Below, in pieces: positions 1-14,781 of a DNA stretch of 64,000 nt. The notes beneath the pieces were generated by a model that did not search any database, had not been told where the DNA came from, and saw only the letters and a list, made by a program, of their open reading frames with translations. Each line of letters begins with the position of its first letter. Within the stretch, counting starts at the first letter, position 1. The position numbers and the translations under genes are program-made. The stretch comes from Octopus vulgaris (lineage: Eukaryota), in NCBI GenBank assembly GCA_951406725.2, contig OX597817.1:165106001-165170000 (forward strand), read 5' to 3'.

Positions 1-344
1 TATATATATTTGTGTGTGTGTGTGTGTGTGTGTGTGTTATGTGTGTCTGTGTGTACATACATACCCTCTATATTCAAATGGTAGGAAGGATCAGTGCTAC
101 ATAGAACCTAGTTACTTCTCTGCGGGTTGCTTTGGCATGAGAGGCAACAGTGTTGCACAGAGCAAACAGCGTTCATAGCAACCGATACATTTCACTGAAC
201 GACTGTGATATTTAGCTTTTAACGTTCGCATTCTCTTATGTACACATACACGCATACAGACAGACACACATACACACACTCGTACTGAACAAACGTCCGA
301 CACATATACGGCCATATATATATGTGTGTGTGTGTGTGTGTGTC

Positions 345-750
<406 letters not shown>

Positions 751-843
751 AAATAAAAGTAAAATATTATTTAGAAATCTTTTAGCACTGTGGCCTACGT
801 GAAGAAAAAACTAGTCAACAGGGCATAAATTATTCATCATATA

Positions 844-923
844 TACAGTGTACATTTAAATACATAAGAGATGACCATTACGTCCGATTATGGCCATCTC
901 ATATGTGCTTAAATGTACACTGT

Positions 924-924
<1 letters not shown>
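844..924. mobile_element. Tiny Tc1/mariner-type MITE (fold-back)
   Basis: TA|CAGTGTACATTTAA...TTAAATGTACACTG|TA with ~35-bp imperfect inverted arms and TA at both ends. Confidence 0.7.
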
Positions 925-960
<36 letters not shown>

Positions 961-963
<3 letters not shown>

Positions 964-1132
964 CATAAGGGACGTTAGCCATCCGAATGTGGCTAGGGAC
1001 AGGGCAGGGCGGTGGGGGGTGTTAGCCCTTCTGGTGACGTTGATGATCGCCTGGGGCTAAATGCATCAGTAACACCCCCACCGCCCTGCCCTGTCCCTAG
1101 CCACATTCGGATGGCTAACGTCCCTTATGTTA
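961..1132. mobile_element. GC-rich fold-back MITE with ~64-bp near-perfect terminal inverted repeats
   Basis: TAACATAAGGGACGTTAGCCATCCGAATGTGGCTAGGGACAGGGCAGGGCGGTGGGGG at 961 and its reverse complement ending at 1132; TA termini next to (TA)n. Confidence 0.8.
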
Positions 1133-1175
1133 TGGAGCAGTTACTGTCTATACCTCGTTTAGAGAATTATTATTG

Positions 1176-1299
<124 letters not shown>

Positions 1300-2699
1300 A
1301 ATGAAAGGCGGAAGATGGAATTTTTATTATGAATCACAATCGCTTCAGCACATCTAGCATACACAATACACCCATATCTAAATACCCGTATATCGTTGCA
1401 TGTTATGTTCTCAAAAGTAAACGCAAGAACAATTATGATACTTATATCTGTGACCTTTGAATGTGTATTGTAGTGTTGGAGTCTCTGGACCTGTTGCCAT
1501 CACAACACGGGTTCGATTCCCAGCTTTGCAATTTTTCATGCTTTTAACTCCTCATCGATATCTGGAGTTTGAAGACCTACACAGGTACATATAGATACAT
1601 ACATATACTAACATATACACACGCACAAGCACACACGTGCAAGAGCTTGTATGTATATATATATATATATATGTTGTTAACCTGATATTAAACTCGTGTA
1701 ACATAGAATTATACTAAAATATACCAAATTTTCCAGTTTTTGTTTCATATATATTTACTCAGTAAATATGATTTCCAACTGGTATATGTACCTCATGTAA
1801 CATTTATATTCATACATTCTAATTACTGGAACGTGCAGATGAACCTCGCGAGGACACAGCCTGGATTATACACACTCCCCGCTACTTCTATATATTGTAT
1901 AGTTGTACGTGCAGTTTTGTCCCTATGAAAATAAAAGTGAATTATGTAGAGTCCATCCTTAGTTCTCTATTAGAGATCTAAGGATGACCTTACTTTCAGT
2001 AACCCAGCATTCTAGAAATAGTAGTCGAAACTCTCCCAGATTATTCTCCATTCTTATAAAGTATATGAATGACGTACTGTGTTATGCTTTCCTATACTTG
2101 AAGAAAAAAAATTGAAATAATCACAAATGGAACAACGTTCGACAGAGACTGCCTTGAATTGTACTAAGTTGGCTCTAACGTGCAACAATGGGGAATACAC
2201 ATTTATTTTTTCTGTATGGATATTGCTATTTTTTAAAAGAAAAACAGAAGAAAATTTTATAGAAGAGAATTTTTTAAAAGATAAAATAAAAGATATTTTG
2301 CTGTCACGTTCACTAAAAAGGTCTTTAATGGTCTGGTCAGTATAAAGATAACAAATTTGAATATATAGACGCGGGGGTGGCTGTGTGATAAGAAGCTTCC
2401 TTCCCAAATCCATGGTTCCGGATTCAGTCTCACTGTGTGGCACCCTGTGAATAAATTTGGTTGACGGAAATTTGAAGATGCCAGTCGCATATAAATATAT
2501 ATATACACCATCATCCGCACTCTAACACACCATCATCCACACACACATTACAGACACACATACATTCACACGTCAAAGTTACTAGCCCCTATCTACACAC
2601 ACACACACACTTACTCTCACAAACACACGCACACGCTCCTTCGTTTTGGGATCACCAGTACTTTATTATCTCCCCTTCTTCCTAGCTCTCCTGTCAAAC

Positions 2700-2910
2700 C
2701 ATTTTTTTCCCAACCAGTCACCATGATTGATCGCTAAATGCACAAGTTTCTTTATTCTCCCTCTGTTTATTTCCTCAGATACCTTTCTGTTGAAGAGCGT
2801 AGGCTTGAAACGTAAAAGAAGTCTTTCTCACTTTACCGAGCGTCAAACTAATACACTTGCTTGTTGTTCATACACCTGTCACCCTCTTTTGTTTTTCTGT
2901 AAATTCGAAC
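2700..2910 (+). mobile_element. Short Penelope-like non-autonomous element with minimal hammerhead motif (diverged copy)
   Basis: CTTT-CTGTTGA-A-GAGC-GTAG-GCTT-GAAACGTA-AAAG at 2783-2818; homologous to 32861, 35085 and 57501. Confidence 0.6.
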
Positions 2911-2924
2911 TCTCTCTCTCTCTA

Positions 2925-2960
<36 letters not shown>

Positions 2961-3320
2961 GGTGCAGGCGTGGCTGCTTCGTAAGACGCGTGTTTCCCAA
3001 TCTCACATGGTTCCAACTCTTGGCACATTGGGCAAGTGTCTTCTACTGTAGCCTAGGGCCGACCAAAGCCAGATATGTATATCTGTGTGTGTGTGTCTTC
3101 ATGCCTGTATCTGTCCCCCATAACCGCTTGTCAACCAGTGTGGGTGGGCTTACGTCATTGTAACTTGGCAGCTCGGTAAAAGAGCCCGATAGAATAAGTA
3201 CCTGGCTTAACAAAAAACAATATTAGTACTGGGCTCGATTCAATAGGCTAAAAGCCCTTTAAGGCGGTGCTCCAGCATGGCACCAGTCTAATGGCTGAAA
3301 CAAGTAAACGATAAAAGATA
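2961..3320 (+). mobile_element. SINE family A, diverged copy
   Basis: GGTGCAGGCGTGGCTG head, GGGCAAGTGTCTTCTAC body, GGCGGTGCTCCAGCATGG...CTGAAACAAGTAAA tail. Confidence 0.8.
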
Positions 3321-3381
3321 AGATATACAGGCATAGCCTTAGATAGATAGATAGATGGATAGATTGATTGATAGATAGATT

Positions 3382-3420
<39 letters not shown>

Positions 3421-3481
3421 TGATTGATAGATAGATAGATAGACAGATAGATAGATAGATAGATTGATTGATAGATAGATT

Positions 3482-3547
<66 letters not shown>

Positions 3548-3985
3548 CAGATAGATAGATAGATAAGCGTTTCCTGTACGTATATACACGAGTTTTTTAA
3601 AACCATAAGAGAATGATGGATATAAATAAGCAATTTAAAAGCAGTGCAATAGCATAGACTTTTAAATAGACAGGCAGAACGATACACGTAAAGGTAAGTT
3701 AATGACTGAAGTGACAAGTGCATATGTAGCTTGTTTGCGAGTTTTATAGAGATCAGAACATAATATAGGGAGATAACAGTAATTACTTGCGCAATGTATT
3801 GGCAGAACCGTTAGAGCATTGAAGAAAATGCTTTTTTTTTTATGCTTATCCTCGCTTTCCGTCTTTCCCTTATCAATGTCATCTTCAAATTTTCATCATT
3901 TCAGGGTCGATAAAATAAATAGCAGTAAAGGACTGCTCGGGGACGTTATAATCAAATGTTTTTCCATTTTATTTTTTTTTCATAA

Positions 3986-4586
3986 GGCGGCGAGCTGGCA
4001 GAAACGTTAGCGCGCCGGACGAAATGCTTAGCGGTATTTCGTCCGCCGCTGCGTTCTGAGTTCAAATTCCGCCGAGGTCGACTTTGCCTTTCATCCCTTC
4101 GGGGTCGATAAATTAAGCACCAGTTACGTACTGGGGTCGATGTAATCGACTTAATACCTATGTCTGTCCTTGTTTGTCTCCTCTGTGTTTAGCCCCTTGT
4201 GGGTAATAAAGAAATAGGTATTTCGTCCGCCGCTGCGTTCTGAGTTCAAATTCCGCCGAGGTCGACTTTGCCTTTCATCCCTTCGGGGTCGATAAATTAA
4301 GTACCAGAATTACACACTGGGGTTGATGTAATCGACTTAATCCGTTTGTCTGTCCTTGTTTGTCCCCTCTGTGTTTAGCCCCTTATGGGTAGTAAAGAAA
4401 TAGGTATTTCGTCTGTCGTTACGTTCTGAGTTCAAATTCTGCCGATGTCGACTTTGCCTTTCATCCTATCGGGATCGATAAATAAGGTACCAGCTTCGCA
4501 CTGGGGTCGATGTAGTCGACTTAATCCGTTTGTCTATCCTTGTTTGTCTCCTCTGTGTTTAGCTCCTTGTGGGTAGTAAAGAAATA
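3986..4586 (+). mobile_element. SINE family B (Meta-domain-like), head-to-tail trimer
   Basis: Head GGCGGCGAGCTGGCAGAAACGTTAG, B-box GAGTTCAAATTCC, core GCCTTTCATCCCTTCGGGGTCGATAAATTAAGTACCAG; three ~185-bp units; flanking direct repeat TATAATCAAATGTTTTT at 3947 and 4587. Confidence 0.85.
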
Positions 4587-4844
4587 TATAATCAAATGTT
4601 TTTTTTTATTTTGGGGGTGGGGGTGGGGAGGAGTGGGGCAGGTATGGATGAGGGATGAAGCGCATGGAGGAACTGGGTTTCTGTACCTATGTAGGAAATT
4701 ATTATAATTTTATTGAATTTTTGCTGTTTTTCTATTTTTGCCTGAAGGGTGGAAAAATACGTAAATAAAACAGAAAGGCTGGAGAATTTTGACAGAAAAA
4801 TAGAAGAGAAAGAACAGTTTGTCAAAAGCATCGATTGCCCAACC

Positions 4845-5049
4845 AGCAGCAACGATAGCAACAAAAACAATAGCAATAGCAGCAGCAGCAACAACAGCAG
4901 CAGCAGCAACAACAACAACAACAACAACAACAACATTAATATAAGACAGTTCTAAAAAACAACAATAAAACAAAACTTCCGTAGACATGATCGTGACCAT
5001 GATCATCATCGGCAACAGCAATAACGAAAACATGAACAACAACAACCGT

Positions 5050-5094
<45 letters not shown>

Positions 5095-5335
5095 CACAAT
5101 CACCACCACCACCACCACCACCACCACCACTACTACTACTACAACTACTACTACTATCACCACCACCACCACCACCACCACCACCACCACCACCACCACC
5201 ACCACCAGCACCACCACCACCACCACTACTACTACTACAACTACTACTACTACTACTACTATCACCACCACCACCTCCACAACCACCAGCACCAGCACCA
5301 GCACCACCAGCACCAGCACCACCAGCACCAGCACC

Positions 5336-5430
<95 letters not shown>
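4845..5430. repeat. Compound trinucleotide microsatellite (AGC/AAC, then TAC/CAC/CAG)
   Basis: Directly visible; it produces the poly-Y/H/V/L ORFs. Confidence 0.95.
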
Positions 5431-5847
5431 AGAAGCAACAGCAGAAGCGGGAAGAAGGGCGATTAGATGATGGATAGAGTGAGTCTTAACTGGCGAGACA
5501 TCTGTAAGTCTTAGGAAATCCGAAACCGAATGTCATCTACGGAATGAAACGAGAATGAAAAGGAAAAGAATATGGCAAGCGCTAAGCAATGTATTTAGAA
5601 AGACGAACAGAAAACAAAGTCTTCTGTCTCTTTAATAGGTTCATAATTGTTGTTTATATATATACACTCAGCCAGCATGAGGTGTAGACGCTGCTTAAAC
5701 AAACCCTATTGTATGGCCATATTTGAAGCAATGCCCTGTCGTCTGCAGTCTTCCATTTTGCTGTTGAAGTTTTTTGTTGATTTCTACTTGAAATAGGTTC
5801 TTTCTATTGATATTGTTTGACTCTCAGTCTAGTTTCCCAACTCTAAA

Positions 5848-5898
<51 letters not shown>

Positions 5899-6139
5899 TG
5901 TGTGTGTGTCTGTGTGTGGGGCTCTCACTTTGAAATTCTGCCTCCTCCTCGCTCTGCGTATATGTGTATTATGACTGGCTGCCGGTCTGTCAGACTGCCT
6001 GTATGTATGTATGTATGTATGTATGTATGTATGTATGTATGTATGTATGTGCATGTGTGAGTGTGTGTGCGTATACATGCAGACACTTACACACACATAC
6101 AAAATACTTATACATACAACCTATACGAAGAGAGAGAGA

Positions 6140-6184
<45 letters not shown>

Positions 6185-6372
6185 TGGTGGAGAAAGGAGA
6201 AGGGCTTTGATTTACAACTATAACTGCATATGTATTCCTTTCATTAAAATAAATACCACACACACACACACATTTATATACATACTTGCATATATATAAA
6301 CAAATACACACACACATAGATATACATGCAGAATGCTCACATAACAGACACATTACAGACACACATCACACA

Positions 6373-6449
<77 letters not shown>

Positions 6450-6666
6450 GATATATATTTGTCTTCATGTAAAGCTTTATTTATATGAAAGCCACTTAAC
6501 ATTAAACTGAAGAATTGTTCAATACTTTTGAGTTCGCATTTATTAAACTTTTGCAATGATTGATAGAAACATCGTGAGACTATCCTTGTTTGTTTGTTTC
6601 CTTCTCTCTTTCGTTCATTCGTTCGTCTTTTCTTTCTTTCCTTCTTTCTTTCTCCCTCTCTTTCCC

Positions 6667-6836
<170 letters not shown>

Positions 6837-6866
6837 CTCTCTCTCTCTCCATCCATCTATCTATCG

Positions 6867-6932
<66 letters not shown>

Positions 6933-7225
6933 TTTTCTGTCTGTCTATCCACGTGTATAGTTTAACACAGTTTTCCAAGAATTTCAATTATACACAGACA
7001 TACACGCTCGTATTTATGTATATACATACCTATATACATACATGCATTCATGCACACACAGACACTTTTCATAATGAATAAATATTCAAAGAAATATTTA
7101 TATAGATATCATTATTGTTAGAATTAGTAGTAGTAGTAAGTAGATAACAGTAATAATAATAAAAGTGGCCAACAAGCAATAAACCAAAAGGGCAAATCCA
7201 TAAATCTTATAATTATATAAATATT

Positions 7226-7272
<47 letters not shown>

Positions 7273-7627
7273 GTTGCTGGAGGGAAGTAGAGGTTCGCTG
7301 CCCCCGCTAGCGATATATTGTATACAAAGTTGTGCAGAGCGTTGCAGCGATAACCAGCTGGGGGAGAACCTGCCTGGGGTTAAATTAGTGGTAACGTTGA
7401 ACTGCCTCTTGTGATGTGGTGACTCGCTTTACTGTTTAGTATACGTTACCACTCTTCTTAAGATTTTATAACTAGCTATTTTGCTTGCAATTATATATGT
7501 ACATATGTATGGTTATAAAATCGGTTAGAATATAGTAATCGATTCATGAAGTAGAGTATAGATCTGATGATCTATACTCTCGCTACTCGGCGTTTGTCGT
7601 TTATGTGCATATTCTAGATATGTTAAT

Positions 7628-8090
<463 letters not shown>

Positions 8091-8129
8091 TATACATATA
8101 TGTTTTCTTTTTGCATAAATGTTTATATA

Positions 8130-8217
<88 letters not shown>

Positions 8218-8889
8218 CCAGCTTAGAGAAGAAGAAGAAACGAAACCAAACCAAACGAATCGAATCGAATCGACGCGAAGGCGCTCAGTCATACAATAGT
8301 GTAATAAATAAAATATATGCATACATACAAACATATATGTACGTACCTACATCTACATGTATATATACATGCACATATAAATATATATACGTGTGTACAG
8401 GACACCACAAATAGACGTAGAACTCAACGAGAAACGAAAACGTAAAAACAGCATGGAACGGACCATTCCTTTAACAACGAAAAAACAGAGTACAAGACAA
8501 CTACACAAGGAAAAATCCCCTTCATCAGCCGTCCCTAGTTCAACTCCAGCGTATATGTATATGTATATATGTATATGTATATGTATATATATCGGAGAAA
8601 TAGAGAAGGAAAGAGAGTATATGTCAAGTAATGACATTTATTGCTGGTCGGCCCAAGTGTATTGATGGCGTTAGTATGGTGAAATGCTGTCATTGGTAAA
8701 TTGAAGACGTGTAGCCATCTTGAACTCCTTGGAGCTACGAGTTAGTGACGGGCGTGGGAATTTAATATGTATTGTAAATCGACACTTACATCAGAAACAT
8801 CATATATTGAGGGAATTCAAACAGCAGTTTGATGTCTCTCTGCACGCCTGCCTGTCTGCTTGTCCGTCTGATTGTGCCTTTATTTCTGA

Positions 8890-9243
8890 GTCTCTGTCTC
8901 TGTCTCTCTGTCTCTGTCTCTGTCTCTCTCTTTCTGTCTGTCTCTCTCTTTCTGTCTGTCTCTCTCTTTCTGTATGTCTCTCTCTTTCTGTCTGTCTCTC
9001 TCTTTCTGTATGTCTCTCTCTTTCTGTCTGTCTCTCTCTTTCTGTATGTCTCTCTCTTTCTGTCTGTCTCTCTCTTTCTGTATGTCTCTCTCTTTCTGTC
9101 TGTCTCTCTCTTTCTGTATGTCTCTCTCTTTCTGTCTGTCTCTCTCTTTCTGTCTGTCTCTCTCTTTCTGTCTGTCTCTCTCTTTCTGTCTGTCTCTCTC
9201 TTTCTGTATGTCTCTCTCTTTCTGTCTGTCTCTCTCTCTCTTT
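8890..9243. repeat. 18-bp minisatellite (TCTCTCTCTTTCTGT[C/A]TG)n
   Basis: About 17 tandem units with alternating C/A variants. Confidence 0.95.
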
Positions 9244-9330
9244 CACACTCATGCGCATGCGCGAATATACGTGCGTTTGTATATTATCTCACGTAGAAGA
9301 AGCATATTTATCTATATGCGCATGTGCATG

Positions 9331-9362
<32 letters not shown>

Positions 9363-9377
9363 CGTGTGTATTAGTGC

Positions 9378-9451
<74 letters not shown>

Positions 9452-10270
9452 GTATGTATTAGTGTATATATACTGAGAGAGAGAGAGATACATACATAGA
9501 TAGATAGATAGATAGATAAATATGAATATACGTACTTGTATGCGTATCTGTATGTGTGTACGTGTATGCTGTATGTTTACATTATTATGGGTGTGTGCCT
9601 GTGCGTGTGTGTGTGTATGTATGTATGTATGTATGCATGTATGTATGTATGTATGTATGTATGTATGTATGTATGTATGTGTGTATGTATGTATGTATGT
9701 ATGTATGTATGTATGCATGTATGCATGTATGCATGCATGCATGTATGTATGTATGTATGTATGTATGTATGTATGTATGTGTGTATGTATGTATGTATGT
9801 ATGTATGTATGTATGTATGTATGTGTGTATGTATGTATGTATGTATGTATGTATGTATGTATGTGTGTATGTATGTATGTATGTATGTATGTATGTGTGT
9901 ATGTATGTATGCATGCATGTATGCATGCATGCATGCATGTATGTATGTATGTATGTATGTATGTATGTATGCATGTATGTATGTGTGTATGTATGTATGT
10001 GTGTATGTCTGGGAAAGAAGACAAGCATCCAATGTTTAAAGGAACTAACCATTCCACAGTGGGTGTCATCCAATTCTGACACCTTTACTGGAATTGATTC
10101 TTAAGTAGGTATTTTACTTCCGAATTTCACTTAATGGAATATGTGAATCATGTCAGACTTGTCAAATAGGTACATAGACATCATACACACCCAGAGCACC
10201 CACCAAACACCCCTTTCTTGAACCCTGTTCGTATTTGCCTTGTTCCATCCCTATATAACTGTTTTCTCTA

Positions 10271-10301
<31 letters not shown>

Positions 10302-10796
10302 AGCTGTCTCTCTCTCTCTCTTGTGTTTACCTTTTTTCTAGCCCCTAAACGCCCAGAAATAAACACCCATTCTTTAAACACATCATGCATTATTTTTTTG
10401 TACCTGCTTTGTGTTTTATTAGCAATGTCGTGTCACCGAAGACTGTGTCTTTGTATTCGATTTTGCCACTCATTCCTTTCTATCAATAACTCAAATTTAA
10501 TACTCCTTCAGAAGACTTTAAATTTATCTGAAGGTATTTTATTTTAGAAGAAGCAGAGATTACAAGTGAGAGGTAGTGTCGGCTATCTCAGACGACTAAT
10601 AAAACAATACATACACAAACATATGTCCAAAACACGCGCATGCGCAATTACAGTTGTGTTTGTCCTCCTACAGCTTGACAACCGATTTTGACTTGTCTAC
10701 ATCTCCATAACTTAGCGGGGTGGCTAAAGGAACCGGTAGAATATGAACCAAAGTTTTAAAATAAGTACTAAGGGCGATTTTTTTATCAAGTACACA

Positions 10797-11183
10797 AGCG
10801 CAGGAGTGACTGTGTGGTAAGTAGCTTGCTTACCAACCACATAGTTCCGAGTTCACTCCCACTGCGTGGCACATTGGGCAAGTGTCTTCTACTACATCCT
10901 CGGGCCGACCAATGCCATGTGGGTAGATTTAGTAGACGGAAACTGAAAGAAGCCCGTCGTATATATGTATATATATATATGTGTGTGTGTTTGTTCCCCA
11001 TCCAACATTGCTTGACAACCGATGCTGGTGTGTTTGCTTCCTCGTAACATTAGCGGTTCGGCAAAAGAGACCGATAGAATATGTACTAGGCTTACAAAGA
11101 ATAAGTCCTGGGGTCGATTTGCTCGACTAAAGACGGTGCTCCAGCATGGCCACAGTCAAATGACTGAAACGAGTAAAAGAGTA
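10797..11183 (+). mobile_element. SINE family A, full length
   Basis: Head, CORE-like body, internal TA/TG tract and tail CAGTCAAATGACTGAAAC all present. Confidence 0.9.
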
Positions 11184-11691
11184 CACACTTCAAGGATATG
11201 CCCTAGCATGGCTGCAGTCCAGTGATTAAAAGGAGTAAAATACAAAATATTTTTTCATTGAAATATATTGTTTGTTGCAATCAATTTTGAAAATACTAAA
11301 GAAGTTAGTAAAAAAACTCGATCATATTGAATGGTGTCTAGAAAATAATTTAACATGAAATTTTGAAGGTAGGTTTTAGTTTAGATAATTTTGACGCTGT
11401 CTGTATTTCACAGAACCAGGAGCGGCTTTGAGTGGGTTGGTCTCATGAAGGATAAAAAGATTAATGTTCAATATGTGATACTTCTGACCAAAGAAGAATC
11501 TCTGACTCGTGACTAGTCCCAAACTTAGTACATCCGCCTTAGTGAAAGAAAAACTCATTACGTCATCATATAAAGTCTTCTTCAAAATGAAATAGGCACT
11601 ATATATGTGAATTTTTAAGAGAAGTGGCTACTACTTACTTTTGAAGTATTCTTTGAGCTGTCAGATGTCAGTTTACCTGACAAGAAACAAT

Positions 11692-11874
11692 GCAATTTCT
11701 GTTGTGTCTGGGGAGAGTCATTTTCTTTTTGTGCCTTATGATTTAACACACGCACCGGTAAAATTTCCACTTATTTCTTATTTTTATTTTCCTAAAATAA
11801 TTTTACCGATGAGTGTGTTAAATCATAAGGCACAAAAAAAAAAAATGACTCTCCCCAGACACAACAGAATATGC
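11692..11874. mobile_element. Fold-back element / MITE with ~70-bp inverted arms
   Basis: TTCTGTTGTGTCTGGGGAGAGTCATTTT...GTGCCTTATGATTTAACACAC..CGGTAAAATT is mirrored by AATTTTACCG..GTGTGTTAAATCATAAGGCAC...AAAATGACTCTCCCCAGACACAACAGAA. Confidence 0.75.
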
Positions 11875-12269
11875 TTCAACACACGAATAAAGAATCTTGC
11901 AAACCAGATCCAAAAACGAAATAAAATAATGCAGTTATTAATAAGAAAAGTTAAGATTAACGTATGCCAGATTTCACAGCTCTAGCCTCAATCTTCATAA
12001 TCAGCCTCTGAACTTTTCCGTCCACCCTCGAAAATCTAGGGAAATGAAACTTTGTTAAAAATTCTTTCAGTTGACCAGTACAGAACAGTATTTTTTTTAG
12101 TTTGCTCAGAAGGAGAAAGGCAATACCCATAACCCCCACATTTTTTGCTAGAAAGAAAAAAGGAAAAGAAACGACGTCTGGTGGTTTGCTACAGTAAGAA
12201 ACTGGCTTTCGTTAGTTAGTGGCCACATGACCATTCATGATACAGAGGCTGGGAGCCTATTTCAGTTCG

Positions 12270-12577
12270 AGGAGCACTCCGTCGGTTACGATGACGAGGG
12301 CCCCAGCTGCTACGATCAACGGAACAGCTTGCTCGTGAAATTAATGTGCAAGTGATTGAGCAATCCACAGGCACGTGTACCCCTAACGTAGTTCTCAGGG
12401 AGTGACAAAGCCGGCCCTTTGAAATACAGGTACAACTCATTTTTACCAGCTGAGTGGACTGGAGCAACGTGAAATAAAGTGTCTTGCTCAAGGACACAAC
12501 ATGTCGCCGGGAATTGAACTCAGGACCTTACAATCGTGAGTCGAATGCCCTAACCACTAAGCCACGCGCCTTCACCA
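12270..12577 (-). mobile_element. SINE family C (Val-like head, GTGTCCTTGAGCAAGACACTT body, tail X)
   Basis: A-box TGGCTTAGTGG, CTCACGA loop and B-box GAGTTCAATTCC; tail shared with 48478 and 59877. Confidence 0.85.
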
Positions 12578-12803
12578 TCAAAACTAAACAGCACACAGAC
12601 CCACAGACAAGGAAGCTGTTGGCTGCAATGTCTCGTGGGCCTGCTAAGCTGAATATGACGAATGGATTCTGAAAGTTGATAACCAATTGTAAACTTGAAG
12701 AGAGACCGGATGTGTTATTGTGGGATTTGTGCAACATATAGATGTGTAATAGCGCAGTAGAGATTGCCATCATGAAATGGAGAGAAATGTGTAATACAGA
12801 GGG

Positions 12804-12910
<107 letters not shown>

Positions 12911-13009
12911 ACGTGTAACAGAGAAATTTTGTGCAATAGAGAGGTTGTGCTACTGATTTAGGCTTTGAAATAGAGAAAAGTTTAGTTTGAGATGTATTCT
13001 TATATTAAA

Positions 13010-13213
13010 CTAGCAGGAGTACCCAGCGTTGCTCTGGTATTAGATATTCTGCAATGGTCTTAATAGGTTCTACCATTTTTTATTTGTTGTACATCTCTTT
13101 GAATATTTTTGCGTTAAGTTGCAAACATTGACATTGAAGAAGAAGTGATTTTTCCCATAGACCATAAATAAAGTAGTAACAACAGGGTGAAAAATGTGGA
13201 AACGTATAAAAAG

Positions 13214-13302
<89 letters not shown>

Positions 13303-13329
13303 AGACATTTTGAGTTTTATAGATATAGA
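13010..13329 (-). mobile_element. Complete non-autonomous Helitron carrying a (GT)n tract
   Basis: On the minus strand: A|TCTATATCTATAAAA 5' end, subterminal hairpin CCAGAGCAACGCTGG, 3' end CTAG|T; AT target and no TSD. Confidence 0.8.
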
Positions 13330-14781
13330 TTATGGCAATTTCCAAACGAGAAAGATTACAGTTAAATGCTGTAAGTTATAAAAGACGTTAAGAAAACTAC
13401 AAGAGAGATTTAAGAAAATGAGAGAGAAAGAGCGAAAATTGGTGGGTATTAACGTATGATGCATTGAGAAAAATGAACCCCATTAAAAGAAAAGCATTTT
13501 GAACTATTTGGAAACGTACGAAGAATATGCAGAGAGAAGGGTAGAAAAGTAGAGAAGGTCGCACAGAATATGAGAGAAGGTAAGGGTAAAAGAAATGGAG
13601 ATGGAGGGGGTGGGAATTGAGGAAAAGAAAGAAGGAATAAAAGAGGAAGGAAGAAAGATGGAAAGAGAAAGGCGGTAGCATGAAGAACATAACGTAATAA
13701 CGAAGAGAAACTTGGAATGAGGAAGTCAAATAAGTAAATATAGAAAGATGAAGAGAATTGGATTGAAGAGAATTGGGTATAAAACGCTAGAAGAGAGAAA
13801 TAGATAGATAGATAGATAGAGAGAGAGGAGGGAGGGAAAGAGAGAGGTGGGAGGGAGAGAGAATGGGGTGTAGGAGGACGTGAATGAGTGATGCGTTGTG
13901 CAAGATGAACAGGGTAAAAGAAAAACAAGATAAAAACGAGATTTTAAACTAAATAGAAATATATAAATAATATACTTGGGAAATAAATAAAGAGAGAGAG
14001 AAAAAAAAAGAAAGAAAGAAAGCGAGATAAAAAGAAAAAAAAAAATCAAGCGAGCAATACTAACATATATCAATGTTCCGTCGTCCTTGAAACCCGTCCG
14101 CTCTCTGTGAATTAAACACAGACTCACACATTCTTGTATTTTTATATAAACAAACATAAATAGTCGACTTTTTAGACCGTTTTTCCTAGAAAGTCATAGC
14201 ATTAGTATTGACGATCTGTGATTGGTTGCTCAAGTGGCAGTAAAATGCTAAACGGATGCTTAGGGGGCAACCCCAGGAAAAGAGCAAACAAATAAATATA
14301 TAAATAAATAAATATTCATTGCCGAAGATATATACAGAATTGTAAAATATGAAAACGCCGGGGAGAAGAAATAAAAAAAAATACAAGAAAAAACAGAAAA
14401 TGAAAAGAAAGTAACACTAAATCTTTATTAAAAACAGCTTACCGCTATATATTTATTTGTAAGGATAAATTAAGACATTGTTAATTAATTCGTTCTTATT
14501 TTGAAACAAATCTGGCAATTTTGAGGAGAGTGGTAGTGGTCGGTGTAAACGCCCCACTAGTCCTTAATTTATCGACTTCTAAAGGATGTTGAAAGACAAA
14601 GCCGACTAGGACGGTATTTCAGCCCAAAACAAAAAGATCCGGAAGAAATGCAGCCGAACATTTTGTCCGACATGGTCAGAGAATTCCAGAGAACCAGGAA
14701 AAGTTACTGTGTAAACAGATTCCTGCGTTCACACCAAGTTTGGAGGTACGTACGTATCCACTTATAAACTTATTAACCACG

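Noticed and set aside
4613-4660. G-run cluster (potential G-quadruplex), also at 59748-59800
   Set aside because: Low-complexity purine tracts with no functional context.
5660-5800. Short unique ORFs (MRCRRCLNKPYC...)
   Set aside because: Under 45 codons, with no convincing splice-site pair or domain.
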